Shown: positions 1-12,259, counted from the first letter of the stretch. The stretch is 64,000 bases of DNA from Trueperaceae bacterium (GCA_034520945.1 JAXHNB010000005.1:480001-544000), one strand, 5' to 3'. The notes: generated by a model not told the origin, from the sequence alone. Numbers and translations are program-made.

Positions 1-2
1 GC

Positions 3-1403
3 ATCGACGTGGTGCTGAACCACTGCGCCGATCAGCACGCCTGGGCGCAGCGCGCCACCGCCGGCGAGAAGCGCTACCAGGACTACTTCTACACCTTCGA
101 GGACCGCACCATGCCGGACGCGTACGAGCGCACGCTGCCCGAGGTGTTCCCGGACATGGCGCCCGGAAACTTCACCTACCAGCCCGACATGGGGCGCTGG
201 GTGTGGACGACGTTCCACACCTACCAGTGGGACCTGAACTGGTCCAACCCGCACGTGTTCTCCGAGATCGTGCGGGCGATGGTGGACCTCGCCAACCTGG
301 GGGTGGAGGTGTTCCGCTTGGACGCCGTCGCGTTCATGTGGAAGCGCCTGGGCACCAACGGCCAGAATCAGCCCGAGGTGCACGACCTGCTGCAGGGTCT
401 GCGCGCGTGCAGCAAGATCGCCACCCCGGCGGTCGCGCACAAGGCGGAGGCGATCGTCAGCCCCGACGACCTGATCCACTACTTCGGCACCGGTCGGCGC
501 TACGGCAAGGTGAGCAACATCGCCTACCACAACACGTTGATGGTGCAGTTCTGGTCGTCCTTGGCCAGCCGCGACACGCGCCTGATGACGCGCACGCTGC
601 AGGAGTTCCCTCGGACGCCCACCTCGATCGCGTGGGGCACGTACCTGCGCGGCCACGACGACGTGGGCTGGGCCATCACCGACGAGGACGCGGCCGCGGT
701 CGGGCTGGACGGCGCCACGCACCGCGCGTTCCTGTCGGACTTCTACGCCGGCGCGTTTCCGGGCAGTCACGCCCGCGGGCGGGTGTTCGCCTTCAACCCG
801 AAGACGCACGACCGGCGGATCTCCGGGATGCTGGCCAGCCTGGCGGGCTTGGAGCAGGCGCTGGACGAGGGGGACGAGCGCCGCGTGGCCCTCAGCATCG
901 AGCGGATCCTGCTGGGGCACGCGCTGATCTTCGGCTTCGGGGGGATCCCGCTGCTGTACATGGGGGACGAGCTGGGCATGCGCAACGACTACGGCTATGA
1001 GCGCCGCAATGATCACGTGGGCGACAACCGTTGGCTGCACCGGCCGTTCATGGACTGGGACGCGGCCGAACGGCGGCGGGACGCCGATGCGGTGGAGGGC
1101 CGAATCTTCCAGGGCCTGCGGCGGCTGGTGCGCGCCCGGGCGCGCACCCCGCACCTGCACGCGGCGTACGGCACGGAGGTCTTGGACGTCGGCCATCCGA
1201 GCCTGTTCGTATTCGTTCGCCCGCATCCGTTGGGCCAGCTGCTGGCGGTGATGAACATGACCGAGCGGGCGCAGTCCATGCCCGCGGGCGTGCTGTTCGA
1301 TCACGGCATCGAGCAGCCGTTCGACCAGATCGAGCAGGCCTTCGTCGACGTCTCCAGCGGCCACCTCGCCCTGACCCCGTACCAGCGCTACTGGCTGATC
1401 TAG
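3..1403 (+). CDS. Amylosucrase-like GH13 alpha-amylase family protein (5' end outside window)
   Basis: Frame open from the window edge (IDVVLNH). GH13 motifs FRLDAVAFMWK, KAEAIV, YLRGHDDVGW, GGIPLLYMGDE and DNRWLHRP are typical of amylosucrases. Confidence 0.8.
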   Translation: MDVVLNHCADQHAWAQRATAGEKRYQDYFYTFEDRTMPDAYERTLPEVFPDMAPGNFTYQPDMGRWVWTTFHTYQWDLNWSNPHVFSEIVRAMVDLANLGVEVFRLDAVAFMWKRLGTNGQNQPEVHDLLQGLRACSKIATPAVAHKAEAIVSPDDLIHYFGTGRRYGKVSNIAYHNTLMVQFWSSLASRDTRLMTRTLQEFPRTPTSIAWGTYLRGHDDVGWAITDEDAAAVGLDGATHRAFLSDFYAGAFPGSHARGRVFAFNPKTHDRRISGMLASLAGLEQALDEGDERRVALSIERILLGHALIFGFGGIPLLYMGDELGMRNDYGYERRNDHVGDNRWLHRPFMDWDAAERRRDADAVEGRIFQGLRRLVRARARTPHLHAAYGTEVLDVGHPSLFVFVRPHPLGQLLAVMNMTERAQSMPAGVLFDHGIEQPFDQIEQAFVDVSSGHLALTPYQRYWLI

Positions 1404-1447
1404 GCGCCGGTCCTGGGGTCGTGCGGCGCGTCCCGGCGCGCCGGGGC

Positions 1448-1477
1448 TTGCGCGGGAGCGGGTGCACCCGCTATACT
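1448..1477 (+). promoter_or_regulatory. Probable sigma70 promoter of the str operon (TTGCGC-N18-TATACT) with a 16-bp palindrome in the spacer
   Basis: TTGCGC at 1448-1453, TATACT at 1472-1477, palindrome AGCGGGTGCACCCGCT at 1457-1472. Confidence 0.6.
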
Positions 1478-1728
1478 GGCAAAGTTTGCGTCCCCCTGGC
1501 TCGCAGCGACGGGTCCGGGGGCTGGCCTGTCGTGAGCGTTCGCGATCAATGACGGGTCGCTTGCACCCAGGTGCGGGGACGCGTACCCCTTCAGCGCGAG
1601 GGACGCCGTTCCGGGGACGCCCCGGACCCCGCGCGCCGCCTCGACCGTCCGGAGACCGTTAGGCCCGTACACGTACACGCGCCGACCCATGCACGGGCCG
1701 GTGACGCCAGGAACGAGGAGTGATCACG

Positions 1729-2118
<390 letters not shown>

Positions 2119-2129
2119 GGAGGGGGGAC

Positions 2130-2600
2130 ATGGGACGCAGAAGAAGAGCCGAAATCCGCAAGCTGGAACCGGACCTGGTCTATGCCGACACCACGGTCAC
2201 CGCCTTCGTGAACAAGATGATGCGCGCCGGCAAGAAGAACCTGGCCAGCCGCATCTTCTACGGGGCCTGTCGCTTGATCCAGGAGCGCAGCGGCCAGGAG
2301 CCGCTCAAGGTCTTCCGGCAGGCGGCCGACAACGTGCGGCCGAAGACCGAGGTCAAGAGCCGACGCGTCGGCGGGGCCACCTACCAGGTGCCGGTCGAGG
2401 TCAATGCGCGCCGCGCCCACTCGTTGAGCCTGCGCTGGTTGGTGGCCGCATCCGATTCGCGTCCCGAACGCACCGCCGTCGAGCGCGTGGCGGGCGAACT
2501 GTTGGACGCCTCGCAGGGACGCGGCGGCGCCGCGAAGAAGAAGGAGGACGTCGAGCGCATGGCGGAGGCCAACAGGGCCTACGCGCACTACCGCTGGTAG
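2130..2600 (+). CDS. rpsG: 30S ribosomal protein S7
   Basis: [14 protein letters not shown] and [13 protein letters not shown] motifs; SD AAGGAGG. Confidence 0.98.
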   Translation: MGRRRRAEIRKLEPDLVYADTTVTAFVNKMMRAGKKNLASRIFYGACRLIQERSGQEPLKVFRQAADNVRPKTEVKSRRVGGATYQVPVEVNARRAHSLSLRWLVAASDSRPERTAVERVAGELLDASQGRGGAAKKKEDVERMAEANRAYAHYRW

Positions 2601-2616
2601 GCGCCGACACATTCAG

Positions 2617-4686
2617 ATGGCTACTTCCACCACGATCGACCTACGCTGGGTACGCAACATCGGGATCGCTGCGCACATCGATGCCGGCAAGACCACGTTG
2701 ACGGAGCGGATCCTGTTCTACGCCGGCCGCATCCACAAGATGGGCGAGACGCACGAGGGCGGCTCGCAGATGGACTGGATGGAGCAGGAGAAGGAGCGCG
2801 GCATCACCATCACCTCGGCTGTGACGCAGTGCGCCTGGAACGACCACCGCATCAACATCATCGACACCCCGGGCCACGTCGACTTCACGATCGAGGTCGA
2901 GCGCTCGATGCGCGTGTTGGATGCTGCGGTGGCTGTGTTCGACGCTTCGCAGGGGGTCGAGCCGCAGTCGGAGACGGTCTGGCGCCAGGCCGACCGGTAC
3001 CACGTGCCGCGGCTGGCGTTCGCCAACAAGATGGACAAGACCGGGGCCGACTTCCAGTTGGTGCTCGACTCGATGGACGAGCGCCTGGGGGCCAACGCGG
3101 TGCCGATCCAGTGGCCGATGGGGGCGGAGGACAAGTTCCTCGGCGTGATCGACCTGGTCGAGATGAAGGCGTACACCTTCATGGACGACATGGGCAAGGA
3201 CATCCGCATCTCCGACGTTCCCGAGGAGTACGCCGAGACGGCCAAGGCGAAGCGCAACCTGATGGTCGAGCGGCTGGCCGACGTGGACGACGAGGTGGCG
3301 ATGGCGTACCTCGAGGGCGAGGAGGTCGACGTCGACACCGTGAAGAACGCCATCCGGAAGGGCGTCATCGCGCTCGAGGTGTTTCCCGTGATGTGCGGCT
3401 CCGCGCTCAAGAACAAGGGCGTGCAGCGCGTCCTGGACGCGGTGACCTACTACCTGCCCAGCCCGTTGGACGTCCCGCCGATTCACGGCCTGCTGCCCGA
3501 CGGCAGCGAGGAGAGCCGGCCGGCCGACCGGGACGCGCCGACCGCGGCGCTGGCGTTCAAGATCGCGACCGACCCCTACGTGGGGCGCCTCACCTTCGTC
3601 CGGGTGTACTCGGGCGTGCTGGAGGCGGGCTCGTACGTGTACAACGTGTCGAAGGGCAAGCGCGAGCGCATCGGGCGCCTGCTGAAGATGCACGCCAACA
3701 GCCGTGAGGAGGTCGACCGCATCGAGGCGGGCGATCTCGGCGCCGTGATCGGGCTGAAGGACACCACCACCGGCGATACCTTGGCCGATCCCGACCACAT
3801 GATCGAGCTGGAGTCGATCGAGATCCCCGAGCCCGTGATCACGGTCGCGATCGAGCCGGTGTCGAAGGCGGACCAGGACAAGCTGAGCAACGGCATCGCC
3901 AAGCTGGCGGAGGAGGATCCGACCTTCCGCGTCGAGACCGACCCCGAAACCGCCCAGACCAAGATCTCGGGCATGGGCGAGTTGCACCTCGACATCATCG
4001 TCGACCGCCTGCGGCGGGAGTTCAAGGTGGCCGCCAACGTCGGCGCGCCGCAGGTCGCCTACCGCGAGACCATCACGCGGCCCGTGGACGTGGAGGGCAA
4101 GTTCGTCCGGCAGACCGGCGGGCGTGGGCAGTACGGTCACGTCAAGATCAAGGCGGCGCCGCGCGACCGCGGCGAGGGGTTCGAGTTCGAGAACGCCGTC
4201 GTGGGCGGGACCATCCCCAAGGACTACATTCCCGCGGTGCAGAAGGGCGTCGAGGAGGCCATGCAGAACGGGCCGCTCCTCGGCTTCCCGATCGTGGACG
4301 TGAAGGTGACGCTGTACGAGGGCTCCTACCACGAGGTGGACAGCTCCGAGATGGCGTTCAAGATCGCCGCGTCGATGGCCATTCGGAACGTGATGGCCCA
4401 GGGCGGCGCCGTCCTCCTCGAACCCGTGATGCGGGTCGAGGTCGTCACGCCCGAACAGCACATGGGCGATGTGATCGGCAATCTGAACTCGCGCCGCGGC
4501 CAGATCCAAGGCATGGAGCCGCGCGGCAAGTACCAGGTCGTCACCGCGCACGTTCCGCTGGCCGAGATGTTCGGCTACGCGACCGACCTTCGCAGCCTGA
4601 CGCAGGGCCGCGCCACCTTCACGATGTTCCTCGATCACTACGCGGAAGTGCCGAAGAGCATCCAGGAACAACTCACCAAGAAGTAA
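2617..4686 (+). CDS. fusA: Elongation factor G
   Basis: [27 protein letters not shown] and GGRGQYGHV motifs; 689 aa. Confidence 0.99.
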   Translation: MATSTTIDLRWVRNIGIAAHIDAGKTTLTERILFYAGRIHKMGETHEGGSQMDWMEQEKERGITITSAVTQCAWNDHRINIIDTPGHVDFTIEVERSMRVLDAAVAVFDASQGVEPQSETVWRQADRYHVPRLAFANKMDKTGADFQLVLDSMDERLGANAVPIQWPMGAEDKFLGVIDLVEMKAYTFMDDMGKDIRISDVPEEYAETAKAKRNLMVERLADVDDEVAMAYLEGEEVDVDTVKNAIRKGVIALEVFPVMCGSALKNKGVQRVLDAVTYYLPSPLDVPPIHGLLPDGSEESRPADRDAPTAALAFKIATDPYVGRLTFVRVYSGVLEAGSYVYNVSKGKRERIGRLLKMHANSREEVDRIEAGDLGAVIGLKDTTTGDTLADPDHMIELESIEIPEPVITVAIEPVSKADQDKLSNGIAKLAEEDPTFRVETDPETAQTKISGMGELHLDIIVDRLRREFKVAANVGAPQVAYRETITRPVDVEGKFVRQTGGRGQYGHVKIKAAPRDRGEGFEFENAVVGGTIPKDYIPAVQKGVEEAMQNGPLLGFPIVDVKVTLYEGSYHEVDSSEMAFKIAASMAIRNVMAQGGAVLLEPVMRVEVVTPEQHMGDVIGNLNSRRGQIQGMEPRGKYQVVTAHVPLAEMFGYATDLRSLTQGRATFTMFLDHYAEVPKSIQEQLTKK

Positions 4687-4700
4687 GGAGCTGAGGAGTC

Positions 4701-5918
4701 ATGGCGAAAGCGACGTTTGAGCGTTCGAAGCCGCATGTGAATGTGGGGACGATTGGGCATGTGGATCATGGGAAGACGACGTTGACGGCTGCGATTACGT
4801 TTGCGGCTGCGGCGGCGGATCCGTCTGCTGAGACGATGTCGTATGAGCAGATCGATAAGGCGCCGGAGGAGAAGGCGCGGGGGATTACGATTAATACGGC
4901 GCATGTGGAGTATCAGACGGGGGCGCGTCATTATTCGCATGTGGATTGTCCGGGGCATGCGGATTATGTGAAGAACATGATTACGGGGGCGGCGCAGATG
5001 GATGGTGCGGTGTTGGTGGTGTCGGCGGCGGATGGGCCGATGCCGCAGACGCGTGAGCATATTTTGTTGGCGCGTCAGGTGGGGGTGCCGTATGTGGTGG
5101 TGTTTTTGAACAAGGTGGACATGGTGGATGATGAGGAGTTGTTGGAGTTGGTGGAGATGGAGGTGCGGGAGCTTTTGTCGAGTTATGAGTTTCCCGGCGA
5201 TGATGTGCCGGTGGTGTCGGGGTCGGCGTTGAAGGCGTTGGAGGCGTTGGTGGCGAATCCGAATGTGCAGCGGGGTGAGGATTCGTGGGTGGATCAGGTT
5301 TGGTCGTTGATGGATGCGTTGGATGGGTATGTGCCGACGCCTGAGCGTGATGTGGATAAGCCGTTTTTGATGCCTGTGGAGGATGTGTTCACGATTACGG
5401 GTCGTGGGACGGTGGCGACGGGTCGTGTTGAGCGGGGTGTGGTGAAGACGGGGGATGAGGTCGAGATCGTGGGGTTGTCGGCGACGCGGAAGTCTGTGGT
5501 GACGGGTGTGGAGATGCATCGGAAGACGCTTCAGTCGGGGATGGCTGGGGATAATGTGGGGGTTTTGTTGCGGGGGGTTGCGCGTGATGAGGTGGCGCGG
5601 GGTCAGGTGTTGGCGAAGCCTGGGTCGATTACGCCGCATACGAAGTTTCGGGGGTCGGTGTATGTGTTGCGGAAGGATGAGGGGGGTCGGCATAGTGCGT
5701 TTTTTGCGGGGTATCGGCCTCAGTTTTACTTTCGTACGACGGATGTGACGGGGGTGTGTACGTTGCCGGGGGATGTGGAGATGGTGATGCCGGGGGATAA
5801 TGTGGAGTTGTCGGTGTCGTTGATTAAGCCGATTGCGATGGAGGAGGGGTTGCGGTTTGCGATTCGTGAGGGGGGTCGTACGGTGGGTGCGGGTGTCGTG
5901 ACGGGGATCGAGGAGTAA
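4701..5918 (+). CDS. tuf: Elongation factor Tu (extreme G/T-ending codon usage)
   Basis: [34 protein letters not shown] and [13 protein letters not shown] motifs. Confidence 0.99.
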   Translation: MAKATFERSKPHVNVGTIGHVDHGKTTLTAAITFAAAAADPSAETMSYEQIDKAPEEKARGITINTAHVEYQTGARHYSHVDCPGHADYVKNMITGAAQMDGAVLVVSAADGPMPQTREHILLARQVGVPYVVVFLNKVDMVDDEELLELVEMEVRELLSSYEFPGDDVPVVSGSALKALEALVANPNVQRGEDSWVDQVWSLMDALDGYVPTPERDVDKPFLMPVEDVFTITGRGTVATGRVERGVVKTGDEVEIVGLSATRKSVVTGVEMHRKTLQSGMAGDNVGVLLRGVARDEVARGQVLAKPGSITPHTKFRGSVYVLRKDEGGRHSAFFAGYRPQFYFRTTDVTGVCTLPGDVEMVMPGDNVELSVSLIKPIAMEEGLRFAIREGGRTVGAGVVTGIEE

Positions 5919-5921
5919 GCC

Positions 5922-6242
5922 GTGGCGACCCCGAAGATTCGCATCAAACTGAAGGCGTTCGACCACCGCAGCCTCGACAGCTCCGCCACCCGGATCGTCG
6001 ACACCGTTCGCCGCACCGGCGCCGACGTGGCGGGACCGGTGCCGCTGCCGACGCGTGTGCGCCGGTTCTGCGTCCTTCGTAGTCCGTTCACGGACAAGGA
6101 CAGCCGCGAGCACTTCGAGATCCGTACCCACAACCGGTTGATCGACATCAAGTCGCCCACCAAGGGCACGATCGACAGCCTCATGCACCTCGACCTCCCG
6201 ACAGGGGTGGACATCGAGATCAAGACGGTCGGAGGCCGCTAG
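5922..6242 (+). CDS. rpsJ: 30S ribosomal protein S10
   Basis: [18 protein letters not shown] and [11 protein letters not shown] motifs. Confidence 0.98.
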   Translation: MATPKIRIKLKAFDHRSLDSSATRIVDTVRRTGADVAGPVPLPTRVRRFCVLRSPFTDKDSREHFEIRTHNRLIDIKSPTKGTIDSLMHLDLPTGVDIEIKTVGGR

Positions 6243-6865
6243 TGAAAGGAATCCTCGGCACCAAGGTGGGCATGACCCAGGTCTGGCGCGGTGAACGGTT
6301 GATTCCCGTCACCGTCGTCCTGGCCGGTCCGTGCCCCGTGGTGCAGCGAAAGACCGCGGCCCACGACGGCTACGACGCCGTCCAACTGGGCTGGGACGAG
6401 GTTCGAGAATCGTCGGTGAACAGGCCGACGAAGGGGCACTTCGACGCGCACGGGGCGCCGCCGCAGCGGCACCTCGTCGAGTTCCGCGACTACGCGCCCG
6501 AGGACGACTCGGTCACGGTCGAGGTCTTCGACGGCGTTCAGGTGGTCGACGTCATCGGCACCACCAAGGGACGTGGCACCGCCGGCGTCATAAAGCGCTG
6601 GAACTTCTCGGGCATGCCCGCCACCCACGGCACCAAGAAGAAGCACCGCCACCCGGGCTCGATCGGGACCGGCCAGACGCCGGGCCGCGTGTACAAGGGC
6701 CGCAAGATGGCGGGCCGCTACGGGGCGAAACCGGTCACCACGATCGGGCTCGAGGTGTTCGAAGTGCGCAAGGACGACAACCTGCTGTTGCTGAAGGGCG
6801 CCGTGCCGGGTCCCAAGGGCGGCATGGTGGTCGTCAAGCAATCGCAACGGAAGAAGGTGAGCTGA
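6242..6865 (+). CDS. rplC: 50S ribosomal protein L3
   Basis: [20 protein letters not shown] and HRHPGSIG motifs. Confidence 0.98.
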   Translation: MKGILGTKVGMTQVWRGERLIPVTVVLAGPCPVVQRKTAAHDGYDAVQLGWDEVRESSVNRPTKGHFDAHGAPPQRHLVEFRDYAPEDDSVTVEVFDGVQVVDVIGTTKGRGTAGVIKRWNFSGMPATHGTKKKHRHPGSIGTGQTPGRVYKGRKMAGRYGAKPVTTIGLEVFEVRKDDNLLLLKGAVPGPKGGMVVVKQSQRKKVS

Positions 6866-7458
6866 TGCCGGTCACGCTGGACGTCGTCGGCAGCGGCCGC
6901 ACCGTGACGTTGGACCTGCCCGAGCCTCAGGAGTCGGTGCTGCACGAAGTCGTCGCCTGGCAGTTGGCCAAGAGGCGCCGGGGCACCGCCGCCACCAAGT
7001 CGCGGGGCAAGGTCGCGGGCTCCACGGCGAAGATCTACCCGCAGAAGGGGACCGGCCGCGCCCGACACGGCAGCCGCAAGGCGCCGATCTTCGTGGGCGG
7101 CGGGATCACCTTCGGCCCCGCGCCTCGTTCGTACGGCTACACGCTGCCGCGCCGCGTCCGCAAGCTCGGACTGCACATGGCGCTGGCGGCCCGGGCCCAA
7201 GAGGGCAAGCTGACCCTGGTCGAGTCGTTCGACGTGAACGGCAAGACCAAGGAGTTCGTCGCCTGGGCACGGGCCAACGGGTTCGACGGCAGCGAGCACG
7301 TGCTGCTGGTCACCGACGACGAACTGGCGCGCCGCGCCGCCCGCAACCTGCCGTGGGTGCACGTGCTGCCGGGTCGCGGCCTGAACGTGTACGACATCCT
7401 GCGTCACGAGGCGCTCATCGCCGACGCCGCGCTGTTCGACGGGGAGGACGCGGAATGA
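6865..7458 (+). CDS. rplD: 50S ribosomal protein L4
   Basis: [11 protein letters not shown] and PIFVGGG motifs; TGATG coupling with rplC. Confidence 0.97.
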   Translation: MPVTLDVVGSGRTVTLDLPEPQESVLHEVVAWQLAKRRRGTAATKSRGKVAGSTAKIYPQKGTGRARHGSRKAPIFVGGGITFGPAPRSYGYTLPRRVRKLGLHMALAARAQEGKLTLVESFDVNGKTKEFVAWARANGFDGSEHVLLVTDDELARRAARNLPWVHVLPGRGLNVYDILRHEALIADAALFDGEDAE

Positions 7459-7742
7459 ATGTTCACGACGTGATCCGGCGACCCGTGCTGAGCGAGAAGG
7501 CCGTCTCGGAGATCGAAGCCGGCAAGTACGCCTTCTTCGTGCACCCAGGCGCCAACCGTACCCAGATCAAGGACGCCGTCGAGACCGTGTTCGAGGTCGA
7601 CGTCGTCAAGATCAACCTTTTGAACGTGCCCGGCAAGCTCAAGCGCATGGGGCGGTACCAGGGGCGTAGCCCGAACCGGAAGAAAGCCGTCGTCACCCTC
7701 GCTGCGGGACAGAAGATCCAGCAGCTCGAGGGCCTGACCTAA
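7455..7742 (+). CDS. rplW: 50S ribosomal protein L23
   Basis: PVLSEKA and KKAVVTL motifs; ATGA overlap; gene order. Confidence 0.96.
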   Translation: MNVHDVIRRPVLSEKAVSEIEAGKYAFFVHPGANRTQIKDAVETVFEVDVVKINLLNVPGKLKRMGRYQGRSPNRKKAVVTLAAGQKIQQLEGLT

Positions 7743-7752
7743 GGGAGGGGCC

Positions 7753-8589
7753 ATGGCCACCAAGAAGTACAGACCGTATACGCCCTCCCGACGCTTCATG
7801 ACCACCTCCGACTTCGCGGAGGTCACGCATGCGAAGCCGGAGAAGTCGCTGCTGACCCGCATGAAGCGGACGGGGGGCCGCAACAATCGGGGCCGGATCA
7901 CCTCGCGCTTCCGGGGGGGCGGGCACAAGCGTCGCTACCGGATCATCGACTTCCGGCGCCGCGACAAGGAGAGCGTGCCGGCCAAGGTCGCGCGCATCGA
8001 GTACGACCCCAACCGCACCGCCCGCATCGCGCTGCTGCACTACGTCGACGGCGAGAAGCGCTACGTGTTGGCCCCCGAGCGGATCCGCGTCGGGAGCTCC
8101 ATCGTGGCCGGTCCGGACGCCGAACCGGTCGTCGGCAACGCGCTGCCGCTGCGCTTCATCCCGGTCGGGGTGGTCGTGCACGCGGTCGAGCTGGTGCCCG
8201 GCAAGGGCGCACAGTTGGCCCGCAGCGCCGGCACCAGGATCCAGATCCAGGGGCGGGACGGCGCCTACGTCACCTTGCGCCTCCCGTCGGGAGAATTGCG
8301 CCGCGTGCACGGCGAGTGTTACGCCACGGTAGGCACAGTCAGCAATGCCGAGCACAAGAACTTGGTGCTGGGCAAGGCCGGCCGCCAGCGCTGGATGGGG
8401 CGCAAGCCGCACCAGCGCGGGCGCGCGATGAACCCGGTCGATCATCCGCACGGCGGGGGCGAGGGTCGCTCCAGCGGCGGACGCCCGCCGGTCAGCCCCT
8501 GGGGCCAGCAATCCAAGGGTCTCAAGACGCGTGATCGGCGCAAGACCTCGAGCCGCTTCATCGTGCGGCGTCGGAAGGGAAGGAAGTAA
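7753..8589 (+). CDS. rplB: 50S ribosomal protein L2
   Basis: [20 protein letters not shown] and [13 protein letters not shown] motifs. Confidence 0.99.
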   Translation: MATKKYRPYTPSRRFMTTSDFAEVTHAKPEKSLLTRMKRTGGRNNRGRITSRFRGGGHKRRYRIIDFRRRDKESVPAKVARIEYDPNRTARIALLHYVDGEKRYVLAPERIRVGSSIVAGPDAEPVVGNALPLRFIPVGVVVHAVELVPGKGAQLARSAGTRIQIQGRDGAYVTLRLPSGELRRVHGECYATVGTVSNAEHKNLVLGKAGRQRWMGRKPHQRGRAMNPVDHPHGGGEGRSSGGRPPVSPWGQQSKGLKTRDRRKTSSRFIVRRRKGRK

Positions 8590-8852
8590 TGGCGCGCAGC
8601 ATGAAGAAGGGGCCGTTCGTCGACGAGCACCTGCTCACCAAGATCGACGCGGCCAACGAGGCGGGCGACCGCCGCGTGATCCGCACCTGGAGCCGCCGCA
8701 GCACGGTGGTGCCCGAGATGGTGGGCCTCACGCTCGGCGTCTACAACGGGCGGCAGCACGTGCCGGTGTTCGTGCAGGAGAACATGGTGGGGCACAAGCT
8801 CGGTGAGTTCGCCCCCACCCGGACCTTCCGCACGCACGGACGGAGGGAGTGA
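8589..8852 (+). CDS. rpsS: 30S ribosomal protein S19
   Basis: [16 protein letters not shown] and [11 protein letters not shown] motifs. Confidence 0.98.
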   Translation: MARSMKKGPFVDEHLLTKIDAANEAGDRRVIRTWSRRSTVVPEMVGLTLGVYNGRQHVPVFVQENMVGHKLGEFAPTRTFRTHGRRE

Positions 8853-8853
8853 G

Positions 8854-9195
8854 GTGCGGGCCTCCGCCACCCTCCGCATGCACCGTGCGTCGCCGCGCAA
8901 GGCGCGGCTGGTCATCGACCTGATCCGCGGCAAGGACGTCAGCGAGGCGGAGTCGATCCTGCGCTTCACCGACAAGCGTGCCGCCGCGCCCGTGCTGAAA
9001 CTGCTGACCAGCGCGAAGGCCAACGCCGTCAACAACCACGACATGTTCGAGGACGCCCTCTACGTGTCCGAGGTGCAGGTGGGCGACGGTCCGACGCTCA
9101 AGCGCTTTTTGCCGCGCGCCCGCGGCCGCGCCGATCTTATGCGCAAGCGCACGAGCCACGTCACCATCACCCTGGAGGAACGCAGTGGGCAATAA
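8854..9195 (+). CDS. rplV: 50S ribosomal protein L22
   Basis: [21 protein letters not shown] and KRTSHVT motifs; GTG start inferred. Confidence 0.95.
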   Translation: MRASATLRMHRASPRKARLVIDLIRGKDVSEAESILRFTDKRAAAPVLKLLTSAKANAVNNHDMFEDALYVSEVQVGDGPTLKRFLPRARGRADLMRKRTSHVTITLEERSGQ

Positions 9196-9943
9196 AATCA
9201 ATCCGCTCGGTTTCCGCCTCGGCGTCAACAAGGTCGCTTCGGCCCGTTGGTACGCCGGCAAGGCCGACTACCCCCGCCTGTTGGCGGAGGACGAGACGAT
9301 CCGCCGGCTGATCCACAAGAGCGTGGGACACGCCGGCATCGCACGGGTCGACATCGAACGCGCCGCGCACAACCTGAACGTCACCGTGTTCACGGCCAAG
9401 CCCGGCGTGGTGATCGGCCGGGGCGGCGAGGCGATCAAGGCGTTGCGGGCGGAGCTGGACAAGCAGATCGACGGCACCGTCGCCGTGAACGTCCAGGAGG
9501 TGCCGAACGCCAACACCAACGGCATGTTGGTGGCGCAGCGCATCCGCGATCAGCTGGAGCGCCGCTTCGCGTTCCGTCGCGCCATGAAGCAGGCGGTGCA
9601 GCGCACCATGGAGTCGGGCGCCAAGGGCGTCAAGATCCGCTGCTCCGGTCGTCTGGGCGGCACCGAGCAGGCCCGGCCCGAGTGGTACAGTGACGGCCGC
9701 GTTCCGCTGCAGACGCTGCGAGCGGATATCGACTACGGCACCGCGGAGGCGCGGACCGCCTACGGCGTGGTCGGGGTCAAGGCCTGGGTGTTCCACGGCG
9801 AGATCGTCGGGGACAAGCAACGCGAGGCCGCCGTGCTGCCCCGTACCCGCCGCGACGACGACGACAAGAAGAAGCGCCGCCGTCCCACGCGTCGCCGCGA
9901 CGCGCCGGGCGGACGCCGCACCCGCGTGAGGAAGGACGACTGA
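9185..9943 (+). CDS. rpsC: 30S ribosomal protein S3 (basic C-terminal tail)
   Basis: [13 protein letters not shown] and [14 protein letters not shown] motifs. Confidence 0.98.
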   Translation: MGNKINPLGFRLGVNKVASARWYAGKADYPRLLAEDETIRRLIHKSVGHAGIARVDIERAAHNLNVTVFTAKPGVVIGRGGEAIKALRAELDKQIDGTVAVNVQEVPNANTNGMLVAQRIRDQLERRFAFRRAMKQAVQRTMESGAKGVKIRCSGRLGGTEQARPEWYSDGRVPLQTLRADIDYGTAEARTAYGVVGVKAWVFHGEIVGDKQREAAVLPRTRRDDDDKKKRRRPTRRRDAPGGRRTRVRKDD

Positions 9944-9946
9944 GCG

Positions 9947-10372
9947 ATGCTGCTCCCCAAGCGCGTCAAATACCGCAAGCAGTTCCGCGGTCGCATGAAG
10001 GGCGACACCAAGGGCGGCGACTACGTCGCGTTCGGCGATTACGCCCTGGTCGCGACCGAGCCCGCTTGGATCAAGTCCAACCAGATCGAGGCGTGCCGCA
10101 TCACCATGAGCCGCTACTTCAAGCGCGGCGGCAAGATCTACATCCGCATCTTCCCCGACAAGCCCGTCACCAAGAAGCCGCAGGAAGTGCGCATGGGCAA
10201 GGGCAAGGGCGCGGTCGAGTTCTGGGTCGCGGTGGTGAAGCCCGGCCGCATTTTGTTCGAGGTCGCCAACGTGACCGAGGCGCAGGCGCAAGAGGCGTTC
10301 CGCCTCGCGACCAACAAGCTGCCGATCGCCACCAAGATGGTTTCGCGGGAGATCTACGATGAAGCCCAATGA
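9947..10372 (+). CDS. rplP: 50S ribosomal protein L16
   Basis: [11 protein letters not shown] and RMGKGKG motifs. Confidence 0.98.
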   Translation: MLLPKRVKYRKQFRGRMKGDTKGGDYVAFGDYALVATEPAWIKSNQIEACRITMSRYFKRGGKIYIRIFPDKPVTKKPQEVRMGKGKGAVEFWVAVVKPGRILFEVANVTEAQAQEAFRLATNKLPIATKMVSREIYDEAQ

Positions 10373-10550
10373 GATTCGCAACCTGACGGCGGAGGAGATC
10401 GCGGCCGCCGTGGACGAGCGCCGGGAGGAACTGCTGGATTTGCGCTTCCAGGCCGCGGTCGGGCAGGCGTCGGATCCCCGCCGGATCCGGACCACCAAGC
10501 GAGAGATCGCGCGGCTTCTCACCATCCACCATGAAAAGGAGGCGTCGTGA
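10359..10550 (+). CDS. rpmC: 50S ribosomal protein L29
   Basis: ELLDLRFQ and KREIARLLT motifs; gene order. Confidence 0.95.
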   Translation: MKPNEIRNLTAEEIAAAVDERREELLDLRFQAAVGQASDPRRIRTTKREIARLLTIHHEKEAS

Positions 10551-10792
10551 AGAGGGTCCTGCAAGGCCGCGTCGTGAGCGACAAGGCCGAAAAGACCGTG
10601 ACCGTGTCGGTCGAGCGGCGCTTCAAGCACCCGCTCTACGAGAAGGTCGTCAGTCGCAGTCAGAAGTATCTCGCGCACGACGAGGAGAACGCCTACGGCG
10701 TCGGTGACACGGTCGAGATCGTGTCCACCCGCCCGGTGAGCAAGCGCAAGCGCTTCCGTGTGAGCAGGCTTCTCGAAAAAGCGCGTAGTTAG
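10547..10792 (+). CDS. rpsQ: 30S ribosomal protein S17
   Basis: [18 protein letters not shown] and RPVSKRK motifs. Confidence 0.97.
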   Translation: MKRVLQGRVVSDKAEKTVTVSVERRFKHPLYEKVVSRSQKYLAHDEENAYGVGDTVEIVSTRPVSKRKRFRVSRLLEKARS

Positions 10793-10806
10793 GCCTCGGA
10801 GGCATC

Positions 10807-11175
10807 GTGATTCAACAGGAGAGTTATCTCGACGTCGCCGACAACTCCGGCGCAAGGCGGATCCAGTGCATCCGCGTGCTGGGGACGGGACGTCAGTTCG
10901 TGGGCGGGGTGGGCGACATCATCGTCGCCTCGGTCAAGGACGCGATCCCGAAGGGCCAGGTCAAGAAGGGCGAAGTGGTCCGCGCGGTGATCGTCCGTAC
11001 CGCCAAGGAGATCAACCGCAAGGACGGGTCGTCGATCCGTTTCGACGGCAACGCCGCCGTGCTCGTGACGCCCGAGAACGAACCGCGCGGCACGCGCGTG
11101 TTCGGCCCGGTCGCGCGCGAGCTGCGCGAGAAGCGCTTCATGCGCATCGTTTCGCTCGCCCCGGAGGTGCTGTGA
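10807..11175 (+). CDS. rplN: 50S ribosomal protein L14
   Basis: [20 protein letters not shown] and IVSLAPEVL motifs. Confidence 0.98.
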   Translation: MIQQESYLDVADNSGARRIQCIRVLGTGRQFVGGVGDIIVASVKDAIPKGQVKKGEVVRAVIVRTAKEINRKDGSSIRFDGNAAVLVTPENEPRGTRVFGPVARELREKRFMRIVSLAPEVL

Positions 11176-11501
11176 TGCCCAGGCGACTCAGGCTCAAGAA
11201 GGGCGATCAGGTCCGCGTCATCGCCGGCAAGAACAAGGGCCTCGAGGGCGAGATCATCGACGTCCAACACCACACCAGTCGCGTGGTGGTCGAGAACGTG
11301 AACATCGTCAAGCGCGCCCAACGCCCCACCCAGGAGAACCCCCGGGGCGGCTTCGACGAGCGGGAGGCCGCGATCCACGCCAGCAACGTGCAGGTGCTCG
11401 ACCCGAACACCAGCGAGCCGACCCGTGTCGGCAGCAAGATCGACGAGAACGGCCGCAAGGTGCGCGTCGCCGTGAAGAGCGGAGTGACCCTCGATGAGTG
11501 A
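11175..11501 (+). CDS. rplX: 50S ribosomal protein L24
   Basis: [15 protein letters not shown] motif and EAAIHASNV. Confidence 0.96.
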   Translation: MPRRLRLKKGDQVRVIAGKNKGLEGEIIDVQHHTSRVVVENVNIVKRAQRPTQENPRGGFDEREAAIHASNVQVLDPNTSEPTRVGSKIDENGRKVRVAVKSGVTLDE

Positions 11502-12063
11502 GGAGCGGACAGTGCAAGCCAAGGTCGAGATCCCCCTGCGGCGCCGCTACGCCGAGATCCGCGACACGCTGCGCGAGCGTCACGGCTACCAGAACCCCAT
11601 GGCCATCCCCACCGTGAGCAAGGTGGTGCTGAACATGGGCATCGGGGACGCCCGGGACGACCGCAAGGCCTTGGAGAAGGCGCAGAACGAGTTGGCGCAG
11701 GTCGCGCTGCAGCGGCCCGTCGTCACCAAGGCGAAGAAGTCGGTGTCCAACTTCAAGATCCGCGCCGGCATGCCGGTGGGGTTGAAGGTCACGCTGCGCG
11801 GTGAGCGCATGTGGGCCTTCCTGGACAAGATGATCAACGTGGCGCTCCCGCGCGTGCGCGACTTCCGCGGCATCAGCGCCAACGCGTTCGACGGGCGCGG
11901 CAACTACAGCATGGGCGTCCGCGAACAGCTGGTGTTCCCCGAGCTGGACTACGACTCCGTCGGTGCCGTGCGCGGCATGGACGTGACCATCACCACCACC
12001 GCCGAGACCGACGAGGAGGCGCGCACCCTGCTCGAGCTCCTCGGCATGCCGTTCAGGAAGTAA
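11494..12063 (+). CDS. rplE: 50S ribosomal protein L5
   Basis: LPRVRDFRG and [10 protein letters not shown] motifs. Confidence 0.98.
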   Translation: MSEERTVQAKVEIPLRRRYAEIRDTLRERHGYQNPMAIPTVSKVVLNMGIGDARDDRKALEKAQNELAQVALQRPVVTKAKKSVSNFKIRAGMPVGLKVTLRGERMWAFLDKMINVALPRVRDFRGISANAFDGRGNYSMGVREQLVFPELDYDSVGAVRGMDVTITTTAETDEEARTLLELLGMPFRK

Positions 12064-12073
12064 GGAGACACGC

Positions 12074-12259
12074 GTGGCAACCAAAGCGAAGATCGCCTCC
12101 GCCAAGCGCACGCCCAAGTTCTCCGTCCGGGCCGTGAACCGGTGCAATCGGTGCGGACGCTCGCGCGGCTACCTGCGGGACTTCGGTCTGTGCCGGATCT
12201 GCATGCGGGAGATGGCCCACAAGGGGTACCTGCCGGGCGTCACCAAAGCGAGTTGGTAA
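12074..12259 (+). CDS. rpsZ: 30S ribosomal protein S14 type Z (zinc-binding, 61 aa)
   Basis: CNRC...CRIC and LPGVTKASW motifs. Confidence 0.96.
   Translation: MATKAKIASAKRTPKFSVRAVNRCNRCGRSRGYLRDFGLCRICMREMAHKGYLPGVTKASW

Noticed and set aside
4701..5918. tuf as a simple low-GC horizontal transfer
   Set aside because: A-ending codons are essentially absent and G3 is very high, so this is G/T skew, not AT-richness. The gene is in its native operon position. Not fully excluded without a phylogeny.
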